The notes under the pieces: model-generated | Told to the model about the DNA's origin: nothing | Database searches by the model: none | The model's input: only the letters and a program-made list of their open reading frames with translations | Source: Pirellulales bacterium | GTDB lineage: Bacteria > Planctomycetota > Planctomycetia > Pirellulales > JAICIG01 | DNA: 64,000 nt | Assembly: GCA_040901675.1 (NCBI GenBank) | Contig: JBBDYJ010000016.1 | Coordinates: 64,001-128,000, forward strand | Direction: 5' to 3' | Made by a program: the position numbers and the translations under genes | In this document: positions 28,118 to 36,383 of the stretch, in pieces | Numbering within the stretch: the stretch's first letter is position 1 | How the letters are laid out: each line of letters opens with the position of its first letter

Positions 28118-29326
28118 TCATCTTTGCGCCTTCGCCCCTTTGCGAGAGTCGTCGTCCGTCCGTGGCGTCCGTCCCTCTTCGTGCGCCGAATAACCGTACC
28201 GGCGGATAAACGGCTGCCAGCGGCGGGCGATCTCGGCGCGCAACTCGGGCGCCAAGTCGTAGCGGTTGGTCTCGTAGCCTCGCGTGGCCGCTACGTACGC
28301 TTCCAAGCGGGGCAGCACGTTGTCGAAGTCGCCCAGCGCCAATTGCTCGTACACGCGGCGCATCTGGCCGATGGGGTCGCGGACTAGCTCCTCATAGGTC
28401 ACTTCGCAGAGCCGGTCGGCCGCCACCAGCGCTCGGTCGCGCTGGAACACCTCGTACATCCGCTCAAATGTCTCCAGCACTTGCTCTTCCAGCCCTTGGA
28501 AGTTGGGCTGCTCGAGTGCGTGCTTGCGATACAAGGTCGTCCACAAGTTCACGGTCGATGGAAAGACCACGAACGGGTCGCGGACGATGTGCACGAAACG
28601 CGCGCCGGGAAACATCTCCAGTAGCACCTGGATGCGGCAGGTGTGCGGCGGCGACTTGAGCACGATGCGACCGGGCCGCCGGTAGGTGATCTCCTGCAGA
28701 AACCGCCTGAACACGCGCTTCCAGCGCTCCAGCGCCTGGGGAGGGATTCCCTCCAGCGTCAGGTATTCCTGGTCCATCGGCGGATGGTTCGGGAAGGCGA
28801 TCGTGAGGTACGGCGACGGGACTCCCAGGTTCGCCAGCGCGAACTCGTCCTCCTGGGGCCGCTGCCAGCCGGCCGGCATATTGTCCATCGGCCGCCGCGA
28901 GGGAAGCAGGAACCACAGCCAGCGGGTGGCGAAGTCCTCGCTGATCAGGAAGTGGTTCGGCGCCAGGCACTCGAAGGTGGTGGGGTAAGTATGCCGCTCA
29001 TCCTGCACCAGCAGCTCGTGCAACAGCGTCGTGCCGGCCCGCCAATGTCCGATGATGAACACCGGCTCGTGCTCGATCCGGGTCCGGCCCGCCCGCCAGC
29101 CGACCAGCAGCCACTGCCAGCGCCGCCATACGCTGTGAAACAGGCTGAACAGCGTAATGAAGATGGCCGCCGGCCAGTACCGCCAGTGCACCGCGAACCG
29201 ATTGCGCGCCAACAGCCGCACCCAGCCGTGGAAATTCATGCCGGTCCAGAAGCGCGGCGACCACTCGCGGCGGGAAGGGGTCTTGATCTTGGTTTTGGGC
29301 TTTCGGCTTTGGGTATTCAGTGACAC
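28118..29326 (-). CDS. sulfotransferase family protein
   Basis: PAPS-binding loop IIGHWRAGTT, RPMDNM, PQEDEF, LKSPPHT, HIVRDP, YEELV.DP. Confidence 0.9.
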   Translation of the reverse strand: MSLNTQSRKPKTKIKTPSRREWSPRFWTGMNFHGWVRLLARNRFAVHWRYWPAAIFITLFSLFHSVWRRWQWLLVGWRAGRTRIEHEPVFIIGHWRAGTTLLHELLVQDERHTYPTTFECLAPNHFLISEDFATRWLWFLLPSRRPMDNMPAGWQRPQEDEFALANLGVPSPYLTIAFPNHPPMDQEYLTLEGIPPQALERWKRVFRRFLQEITYRRPGRIVLKSPPHTCRIQVLLEMFPGARFVHIVRDPFVVFPSTVNLWTTLYRKHALEQPNFQGLEEQVLETFERMYEVFQRDRALVAADRLCEVTYEELVRDPIGQMRRVYEQLALGDFDNVLPRLEAYVAATRGYETNRYDLAPELRAEIARRWQPFIRRYGYSAHEEGRTPRTDDDSRKGAKAQR

Positions 29327-29557
29327 GCTGCCGCAACGGAGAAATCGCGCAACGCAGGGGACCGGACAATCGGCGCTGGGGCGAGACTGCCTCGCTGGCC
29401 ATCGCGTGGGGCTGGGCGAGCTGCGCTGTGCCCGAAGCCCATTCAGACATAGTAGCCCAAGGCGGCGACTGGCCGCCAGGGGTCGGCCGGTGCCTGGCGA
29501 GCAACGCGGTGGGGCTCAAGCCGGGCGGCGATCCTGGTGCACCTGATGCAGAGAAGT

Positions 29558-30076
29558 CTACCGCGTGACCCCTTGCGAGCCGCCGTCGGGGCGCCGGGCC
29601 ACCGCCTGCAAGGCGGTCTGCATCGCCATGACCAACTCGTGTCCCGGCTGTTTGCCCGTGACGCGGTTCAGCGGCACGCCGCGCGGAGAAAGGAACTGCA
29701 CCGTGGGATATCCCTTCACCTGGAACGTTCCGCACACCTCCGGTTCGGCATCGGCGTCGACCAGCACGCACACAAACTGGCCCGCCAGCCTGATCACCTG
29801 GTCCTGGGTAAAAACTTCGTCGGCCATCTGGTGGCAGTAAGTACACCAGTCGGCCGTGAAGAACACCAGCATCGGCCTGCCTTGTTCGCGGGCGGCATCC
29901 CGGCCTTGGGCATAACCCTCGACAAACTCGATCTTTTCCCGCGCCGGCAGCGGCGGGCCTGGCTGCTCACGTCGGCTTGCCACCTCTTGAATCGGCTCGT
30001 CCTCGAACTGGCATCCAACCATCGTTGCCGCCACAGCCAGACCAACCATCCAAAGCAAGGCCCACCGATCGGTCAT
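29558..30076 (-). CDS. thioredoxin-family lipoprotein
   Basis: FTADWCTYC, cis-Pro GYPT, signal peptide ending VG-C. Start taken at ATG 30076. Confidence 0.88.
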   Translation of the reverse strand: MTDRWALLWMVGLAVAATMVGCQFEDEPIQEVASRREQPGPPLPAREKIEFVEGYAQGRDAAREQGRPMLVFFTADWCTYCHQMADEVFTQDQVIRLAGQFVCVLVDADAEPEVCGTFQVKGYPTVQFLSPRGVPLNRVTGKQPGHELVMAMQTALQAVARRPDGGSQGVTR

Positions 30077-30386
30077 CTGTCGATCCTTCAGTCCCGTTCC
30101 CGGCGGCCTTCCAGGCCGCTGACTCAATAACGATCGTTGTTGCCGCCTCGGTTGCGCCGGCGGCGATGCCGCTGCGCTAGCCGATGGCCCAGGCCCGACA
30201 AACTGCGAATTTTAGGTCAAATCGCGCCGCCAGGCCAAGAGCACTTCCGGGCCTTCGCGGCCCGCGGGCTCGCGGGCAGCTTGCAAGACAGGAGCGGCTA
30301 GGCGCCAAGCGGCATTCCAGCCTGCATGCGGCCGGGTTTTCTCTTTTTTCCCTGGTCCGATACGATGAGAGCAGGAGGAAGAACCG

Positions 30387-30509
30387 ATGTCGAAGAATCA
30401 GAAGCAGCCCGTCCGCAAACCGGCCATGAAGTTCCCGAACCTGCGAAAGAAAATCCAAAAGCAGAAAGTGCAGCAGCAGCCCCTCCACAAGATTGGCAAG
30501 AAGAAGTGA
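30387..30509 (+). CDS. small, very basic 40-aa protein
   Basis: AGGAGG lies 8 nt before the ATG. Sequence MSKNQKQPVRKPAMKFPNLRKKIQKQKVQQQPLHKIGKKK*, with mostly G/C third positions. Confidence 0.6.
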   Translation: MSKNQKQPVRKPAMKFPNLRKKIQKQKVQQQPLHKIGKKK

Positions 30510-30718
30510 GCGGCGGACCGCTCGAATCTGAGACCATTCAAAGAAGCGGTGCAGGCGGAGACCTCGAAAGCGAGATCCAAAAAAAACAGCCAGGCGAGCG
30601 GATTGTCACCCGCTCGCCTGGCTCACAGCATGGGTCTTGTCCGATCGCCGGCCCCGGGCGCGCCTGGGCGCGGACGTTGGGCCGCCGATCGGACGGTCGC
30701 TTCGAACTACTCAAAACC

Positions 30719-33700
30719 TCAGGTGTTGAAGTACTCGTCGCTGGCAAGAAGGGCTGCTTGCACCTGCTGCCAGCGGGCGCCGGCCCGCAGCACGCTGACC
30801 CAGAATGCGCGGCCCCCCGCATCCGCGTTGCGGTTCAGGTAATCCTGGTACCAGCCTTCGAACGCCCCGAACCGGTTGCTCGGATCGTCGACCAGCAGGC
30901 CATGGAACTCGTCGCTGTTGACGAAGCTGGCGGCAACCTGGCCGCGGCTGGCGCCGGCGCTCATCTGGCTCTCCCAGAAGAGCAAGCCGGCGGCATCGGG
31001 GGCGCGGCCCAGCAGATCGTTGTACAGGCCGGCCACGAACGTCTGGTTGGTGCCTCCATGCAGGTCGAAGTACTCATCCGAGGCGGCGATGCCGATCACG
31101 ATCTCGTCTTCGGCTACACCCGACTGGATCAGGCTGACCCAGAAGTCGCGGCCATCCGGCTCGGCGGAGCGCGAGAGCAAATGCTGGTACAAGTCATTGA
31201 CCAGGCTGCGCAGGTACTCGACCGAGTTCAGGAAGCCAAGGGCGATCTGCTCGCGGCTGCCGCCGTTGTCCAGCACGCCGATCCAGAACTGGATCTCCGC
31301 TTCGCCCGCTTGCCGGTTCAGCACGTCGAGATAGAGGTTACGAACGAACGAGTGCTCGCGGGTCTCGATCGTCACCGTGGCCGGATCGCTGTCGTCGACG
31401 CCGTCGGTGGCCACGTAGGTGAACGTATCGATACCCTGGAAAGTGCCGCCCGGCGTATACGTGAACGAGCCGTCGGCGTTGAGATCCAGCGTGCCGCGGC
31501 TCGGACCGCTCACGAGTTGAGCTTCCAGGTCGTCGCCGTCCGCGTCGGTGTCGTTGGCCAGAACGCCCGGCGCCGAGACGACCACGGTGTCTGTCTCGTT
31601 GAGCGTCAAGAAAAAGTCGTCGTTGGCGACCGGCACTTCATTGGTGACCTCGATGATAGTCACCAGGTAGTCTTCCACCTCGCCGCTCAAAGCCAGCCCG
31701 GTCGGCGACAGCCCGCCCGAACTGCTCAACCGAAACCGGGTGAACGTGTTGCCCAAATCGGCCAGCGCGGGGATGTCGACCGTCAGAAAGTTGGCTCCCG
31801 CCGACAGTGCCAGGCTGTCGAAGACCTTCTCGCCGGCGTCGTCCCAGTCGCCGTCGGCGTTGAAGTCGATCCAGGCGTCCAGCAGACCGGCCTCGGAGGC
31901 CGTGACCGTCACGTTGGTCGTGCGGCCCGTCCGCAGAGCGTTGGTAAACACGACGCCGTCGTCCCCGGTATCGCCCGTGGCCGTGGCGTTGGGCTGGCCG
32001 TCCAGGTCAGCATCGACGGTCGCGCCCAGGAAAAGACTCGTGATGACGTGGGCCGCTCCATCGCTGACTGACAATGTCGGATATGGGGGATCGGGGGCAT
32101 CGCCGAAATCGACCGGCTCGCTGGTCAGCGTTACGACCGCCACGTTGCTGTCCGCGGTGCCGTCGTTTGCCACATAAGTGAAGCTGTCGGTACCGGTAAA
32201 GCCGGCGTCGGACGTGTAGACAAACGAACCGTCCGAATTGAATACCAGGATACCTGCCGACGGGCCGCTCACCAGCAGCGCCGTTAGCGGGTCGTCCTCC
32301 ACGTCGGTGTCGTTTTCCAGCACTCCGGGGGCGGGCACGATCAGTGGGACACTCGGCTGGAAGGCAAAGGCATCGTCGTTGGCGACGGGCGGATCGTTGA
32401 CGGCCTGGACCTCGACCACGAAGGTCTTGACGATCGTATCGTCGCCGCCGCCGGCCGTTCCGCCGTCGTCCTGAACAGTCACCGTAATCGTGGCCGTGCC
32501 CGAAGCGTTTGCCACGGGGGTGAACCGCAGCTCACCCGTCGAGTTCGGACTCGTGTAGATCACGGTTATCGGATTTGGAATCAGCGCCGGATTGTCGCTC
32601 TCGGCCGTGACGGTGATCGTCTGCTCTTCGCTGTCGCCGGCGCTGATGCCCGTCAGCACGACGATCTGCTGACCCGCGTCCTCGTCGATGACGAGCGGGT
32701 TGGGGGTGATGTCGTCGAGGGTCGGTTCCGCGTTGGGCGGGTTGACCGTGACTTCGGCCGTGTCGGTGTCCGATGCGCCGTCGGCGTCGGTCACTCTCAG
32801 CACGACCGTGAAGGTGCCGGGCGACGAGGCGTCGAACACCACGTTCTCACCCGGCGTTTCGAACGTGCCGTTGTTGTCCAGATCCCACTCGAAGGTGGCG
32901 ATGTCGTCACCCGGATCGCTGGAGGCCGAGCCGCTGAGCGTGATGTCCACGTTCTGCGTGGTAGTATAGGGGCCGCCCGCCTCGGCCGTCGGGGCCACGT
33001 TGTCCACGGTGACCAGGGCCGTGTCGGTGTCCGAGTTGCCTTCCGAGTCGGTCACGCGGAGGCCGACCGTGAAAATGCCCGAGTCGGTCGAATTGAAGGT
33101 CGTGGTCTGGCCGGTGGCGTCGTCGAACTGGCCGTCGTTGTCCAGATCCCACTCAAACCCGACGATATCGCCGTCCGGATCGGTGGAGCCGGAGGCATCC
33201 AGGAGGATATCGCTCCCTTCGTCGACCGTGTAGGGGCCGCCCGCGTCCGCCGTGGGCGGGCTGCCCGGCGTGGTGGAGGTGATCGTCGCGCTGTCGCTCT
33301 CAAAGGTCCGCCCGGCGGCGGTGGAACTGGCGCTGAAGTTGATGTCGGTCGGCCCGGTGAACGTTGCCGAGGTGGTGAAATTAGCCGTGTACAACAACAG
33401 CGGCGTGGTGCCCTCGCCCGGCCAGTTGCCGCTGATGTCGAACCAGGACACGTTGACAAACATGTCCGTGCTGGGATCCCCGTCGAAATCGTCCGTGTCG
33501 GGCTCGGGCGCGATCTCCTCCGGAGGGACGATCAGGCCGGTCATAAACAGGTTCGTCAGGCTGTCGAACGCCAGTTCGCTCGAGTCGAAGTGCAGCCGCA
33601 GGCCCAGCCCGGTGAGTGTTTCGTCCTCGGGGTTGGCGGTGGAGTAGATTGCGTCCACGCTGACCGGATCGCTGGCGCCGGCGGCTTGCGTGTCCGGCGT

Positions 33701-33853
33701 CGCATCGATCACCTGTTCTCCAACCAGCATGCTCCGGTCTTCCAGGGTCTCCAGTCCAAGCGGCAGAATCGACAGTGTTCTACGCGCCGACCGCCCGCCG
33801 CGATTGCGGCGCCGATCCTTCTTCAATTCGGTAAGCCAGTTCACTGAGATCAT
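30719..33853 (-). CDS. large surface protein: cohesin-like, PKD, Ig/cadherin-like, GEVED and DUF4214-like domains
   Basis: LETLEDRSML motif; TGLGLRLHFDSSEL; two ADAGGPY...WDLDN PKD repeats; VNDPPVANDD/GVLxND Ig repeats; DFGDAP...GEVEDY; repeated LY..LL.R..D..G..FW units. Confidence 0.85.
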   Translation of the reverse strand: MISVNWLTELKKDRRRNRGGRSARRTLSILPLGLETLEDRSMLVGEQVIDATPDTQAAGASDPVSVDAIYSTANPEDETLTGLGLRLHFDSSELAFDSLTNLFMTGLIVPPEEIAPEPDTDDFDGDPSTDMFVNVSWFDISGNWPGEGTTPLLLYTANFTTSATFTGPTDINFSASSTAAGRTFESDSATITSTTPGSPPTADAGGPYTVDEGSDILLDASGSTDPDGDIVGFEWDLDNDGQFDDATGQTTTFNSTDSGIFTVGLRVTDSEGNSDTDTALVTVDNVAPTAEAGGPYTTTQNVDITLSGSASSDPGDDIATFEWDLDNNGTFETPGENVVFDASSPGTFTVVLRVTDADGASDTDTAEVTVNPPNAEPTLDDITPNPLVIDEDAGQQIVVLTGISAGDSEEQTITVTAESDNPALIPNPITVIYTSPNSTGELRFTPVANASGTATITVTVQDDGGTAGGGDDTIVKTFVVEVQAVNDPPVANDDAFAFQPSVPLIVPAPGVLENDTDVEDDPLTALLVSGPSAGILVFNSDGSFVYTSDAGFTGTDSFTYVANDGTADSNVAVVTLTSEPVDFGDAPDPPYPTLSVSDGAAHVITSLFLGATVDADLDGQPNATATGDTGDDGVVFTNALRTGRTTNVTVTASEAGLLDAWIDFNADGDWDDAGEKVFDSLALSAGANFLTVDIPALADLGNTFTRFRLSSSGGLSPTGLALSGEVEDYLVTIIEVTNEVPVANDDFFLTLNETDTVVVSAPGVLANDTDADGDDLEAQLVSGPSRGTLDLNADGSFTYTPGGTFQGIDTFTYVATDGVDDSDPATVTIETREHSFVRNLYLDVLNRQAGEAEIQFWIGVLDNGGSREQIALGFLNSVEYLRSLVNDLYQHLLSRSAEPDGRDFWVSLIQSGVAEDEIVIGIAASDEYFDLHGGTNQTFVAGLYNDLLGRAPDAAGLLFWESQMSAGASRGQVAASFVNSDEFHGLLVDDPSNRFGAFEGWYQDYLNRNADAGGRAFWVSVLRAGARWQQVQAALLASDEYFNT

Positions 33854-33911
33854 GCGAATCAACCTCGTATTAGGGGAACGTGGAAGTCTATGAACGATGG
33901 CAACTTCAGAT

Positions 33912-36059
33912 TTAACCGCCAGGACTTTCGCCCCACACACTGCCCAAAGCACCGCCGCTTAGTCCGCCGCCACTCTGGATAGGCTCCACGGCCTCGGCGT
34001 CTTTCGACAGGCTGATCCCCGTTGGCTTCGGCGGCCGCGCAATCGACGCGCTCGTCCGGCTGATGGAATCGCTGACGAGCGCCGCGGCGTGGGCGATGGC
34101 AACGTCGTGGCTTGGCGGCGCGTATTCATCGTCGTCCGCCGCGGCTGCCGTCACGGAGCTGGTTGTGGATGCGGTTGTCCCGCTGCCTTCGGCGGCATAC
34201 TGGGCGAAGAGCCAGTCAGTCTGAAACCGGCCGGGCTCGTCGGTCCCGCCATCGTCCAGCGCCAGCGGAGTGCTGGTCGAGGATGTCGGAGCCGATAAGG
34301 ACTTTGTTTCCGTCTCGGTCTCGGACTGCGCCGAGACTGCCAAGCTGCCCGTCGACGTGCTGGCGGCACCGGCACCGGGCATCAAGGAGTCAAGGTAGGC
34401 ATCGATGGCGGCGGCCGTGGTGCGCGTGGCGCCGGTGCCTATGGCGCCGTTGATCAGCGCATTGCCGCTGAAGCCGAACAGGTACCGCACGACCAGGATA
34501 CCGTCGGTCAGGGCGTCGGCCTCGCCGTTGCCGTCGACGTCGAGCATGCCGTCGGCAACCGCCTGGTCGAGGTACGCGTCGATGGCGGCGGCCGTCGTGC
34601 GTGTTGCTCCGTCGCCAATGGCTCCGTTGATCAATGCGTTGCCGCTGAAACCGAACAGGTGCCGCACCATGAGAATGCCGTCGGTCAGGGCATCCGCCTC
34701 CGCGTTTGCGTCGACGTCGAGCGTAAACGTCGCGGGAACCCCGAAGCGTTGGCCGAAGACGCCGTAGAAGCTGCCGTCCTGGTCGAAGCTGGTCCAGGTC
34801 ACTACGAACTCGCCCTGGTCGTCCATCGCCACCGACGACAGCCATTGGCGGGTGACGGTGGTGCTGTTGACGGGGAACTCGCCGCCGTCGGCCGCGCCGG
34901 CCGCCGTATATTGCTGGCCGTAGATGCCAAAATCGCTCCCGTCCTGGAGGTTGCTCGACCAGGAGATGACGAACCCTCCACTGCCGTTCATGGCCACCGT
35001 CGAGAAGGCCTGGTTGCCGCTGGTGTGCGTGTTGACTCGGAACTCCGAACCTTGTTTCACGCCCGACGCGTTGAACCGCTGGGCATAGATTCCGTTGCTG
35101 CTGCCGTCTTGCAGGGCGCTGGTCCAACTGATGACGAAGTCGCCGTCGTCGTCGATGCCGATCGACGAGTTGAACTGGGCATTGTCGGTGTGCGTGTTGA
35201 CCAGGAACTCACCCCCCTGGGCCGAGCCGTTGCTGGCGTACCGCTGGGCAAAAACGTCCAGGGCCCCGGAGTCCGGATCGCCGCTGCTCCAGGTGATGAC
35301 GAAGGCGCCGCTGGAATTCATGGCCACGTTCGACAAGTACTGCGTTTCAGCCGTGGTGCTGTTCACGCGGAACTCGCTTCCCAGCTTCGTGCCCGCCGCG
35401 TTGAACCGCTGCGCATAGACGCCCGAAGAATCCAACTCGTCCTGCCCGAACGACGACCAGGTGATAACAAAATTGCCGTTGGCATCCATGGCCGCGGTCG
35501 ACCAGCGCTGGTCGTCCGCCGTGTGGGTGTTGACCAGGAACTCGCCGCCTTGCGCAACGCCCGAGGCGTTGTAGCGCCGGGCATACACGCCGAGGCCGTC
35601 GCCATCCTGCTCACCGGACGTCCAGGTGATGACAAAGTCGCCGTCGTCGTCCATGGCCACCGACGACCACAACTGCTGGTCGGCCGTCGTATTGTTCGCG
35701 CGGAACTCGCCACCCACTTTGGCGCCGGCCGCGTTGAAGCGTTGGGCGTAGACGCCCCATGTCTCGCCGTCCTGGTCGAAGCTGGACCAGGTGGCCACGA
35801 AGTTGCCGTTGGCGTCCATGGCCGCCGACTTGGGCGTCTCGGACCAGGTCCGCTGGTCCTCCGTGGTCTCGGTGTTGACTTGGAATTCGCTGCCCAGCGG
35901 CGCGAATGCCAGCAAACGCCGTTGTTCCAGCGATTCCAGCGAGAAAACCCGCTTGGCTGGGCGGGATGGACCCTGCGCGGGACCCGTGCGCCAACGCGAG
36001 AACCAGAGTCCCCGGCCCAGGCGCCGACAGCCGGCCAGCCATTGGTGCGATGATGACAT
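33912..36059 (-). CDS. secreted beta-propeller repeat protein with C-terminal dockerin-like duplicate
   Basis: LESLEQRRLLA motif; about six EF.VN..T...Q...AM...G.FV..W.S..QDG repeats; two LDVDxNxEADALTDGIL.VR.LFGF units. Start taken at ATG 36059. Confidence 0.85.
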   Translation of the reverse strand: MSSSHQWLAGCRRLGRGLWFSRWRTGPAQGPSRPAKRVFSLESLEQRRLLAFAPLGSEFQVNTETTEDQRTWSETPKSAAMDANGNFVATWSSFDQDGETWGVYAQRFNAAGAKVGGEFRANNTTADQQLWSSVAMDDDGDFVITWTSGEQDGDGLGVYARRYNASGVAQGGEFLVNTHTADDQRWSTAAMDANGNFVITWSSFGQDELDSSGVYAQRFNAAGTKLGSEFRVNSTTAETQYLSNVAMNSSGAFVITWSSGDPDSGALDVFAQRYASNGSAQGGEFLVNTHTDNAQFNSSIGIDDDGDFVISWTSALQDGSSNGIYAQRFNASGVKQGSEFRVNTHTSGNQAFSTVAMNGSGGFVISWSSNLQDGSDFGIYGQQYTAAGAADGGEFPVNSTTVTRQWLSSVAMDDQGEFVVTWTSFDQDGSFYGVFGQRFGVPATFTLDVDANAEADALTDGILMVRHLFGFSGNALINGAIGDGATRTTAAAIDAYLDQAVADGMLDVDGNGEADALTDGILVVRYLFGFSGNALINGAIGTGATRTTAAAIDAYLDSLMPGAGAASTSTGSLAVSAQSETETETKSLSAPTSSTSTPLALDDGGTDEPGRFQTDWLFAQYAAEGSGTTASTTSSVTAAAADDDEYAPPSHDVAIAHAAALVSDSISRTSASIARPPKPTGISLSKDAEAVEPIQSGGGLSGGALGSVWGESPGG

Positions 36060-36246
36060 AAAGCTATCCGTACGATCCGTATCCAATTTCAAGCACATCC
36101 AAAAGGGGTCCGGGATGCGGCGCGCATGGCCGTCCAGGTGCCGAGCGAGAAAGCTGGCGTCTTTCGCCAGTGCCCGGCCAGAAGCCGCGAATCAGCAGTC
36201 CCTTCGGAGCCGCGGGGCATGGAAGGGATTAGCGCGATCGGAGCAC

Positions 36247-36285
36247 AAAAAAACCCCCGCTGCGCACCAGCGCGACGGAGGCTTT
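36247..36285 (-). terminator. intrinsic terminator within the 5' leader of the surface-protein genes
   Basis: Minus strand reads AAAGCCTCCG...CGGGGG followed by T7. Confidence 0.6.
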
Positions 36286-36326
36286 CGTAGCCGATTCGGT
36301 CCGCCCCTCACAGGCGAGACGGCGCT

Positions 36327-36355
36327 ATACTAGACCGTAGCTGAAACTCTGTCAA
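36327..36355 (-). promoter_or_regulatory. putative sigma70 promoter
   Basis: TTGACA, 17-nt spacer, TAGTAT on the minus strand. Confidence 0.6.
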
Positions 36356-36383
36356 CAAGAAAGCGGCGCGAAATCCGCCGCAC

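Noticed and set aside
30326..32071. 581-aa plus-strand ORF covering the small basic ORF
   Set aside because: It is mostly antisense to the surface-protein gene. The 40-aa ORF in another frame has the RBS and better codon pattern.
36247..36300. c-di-GMP-I riboswitch (AAAGCCTCCG...AGCGGGG resembles its P3)
   Set aside because: The GGCAAA/GNRA-capped P2 arm is missing; a plain terminator explains the match.
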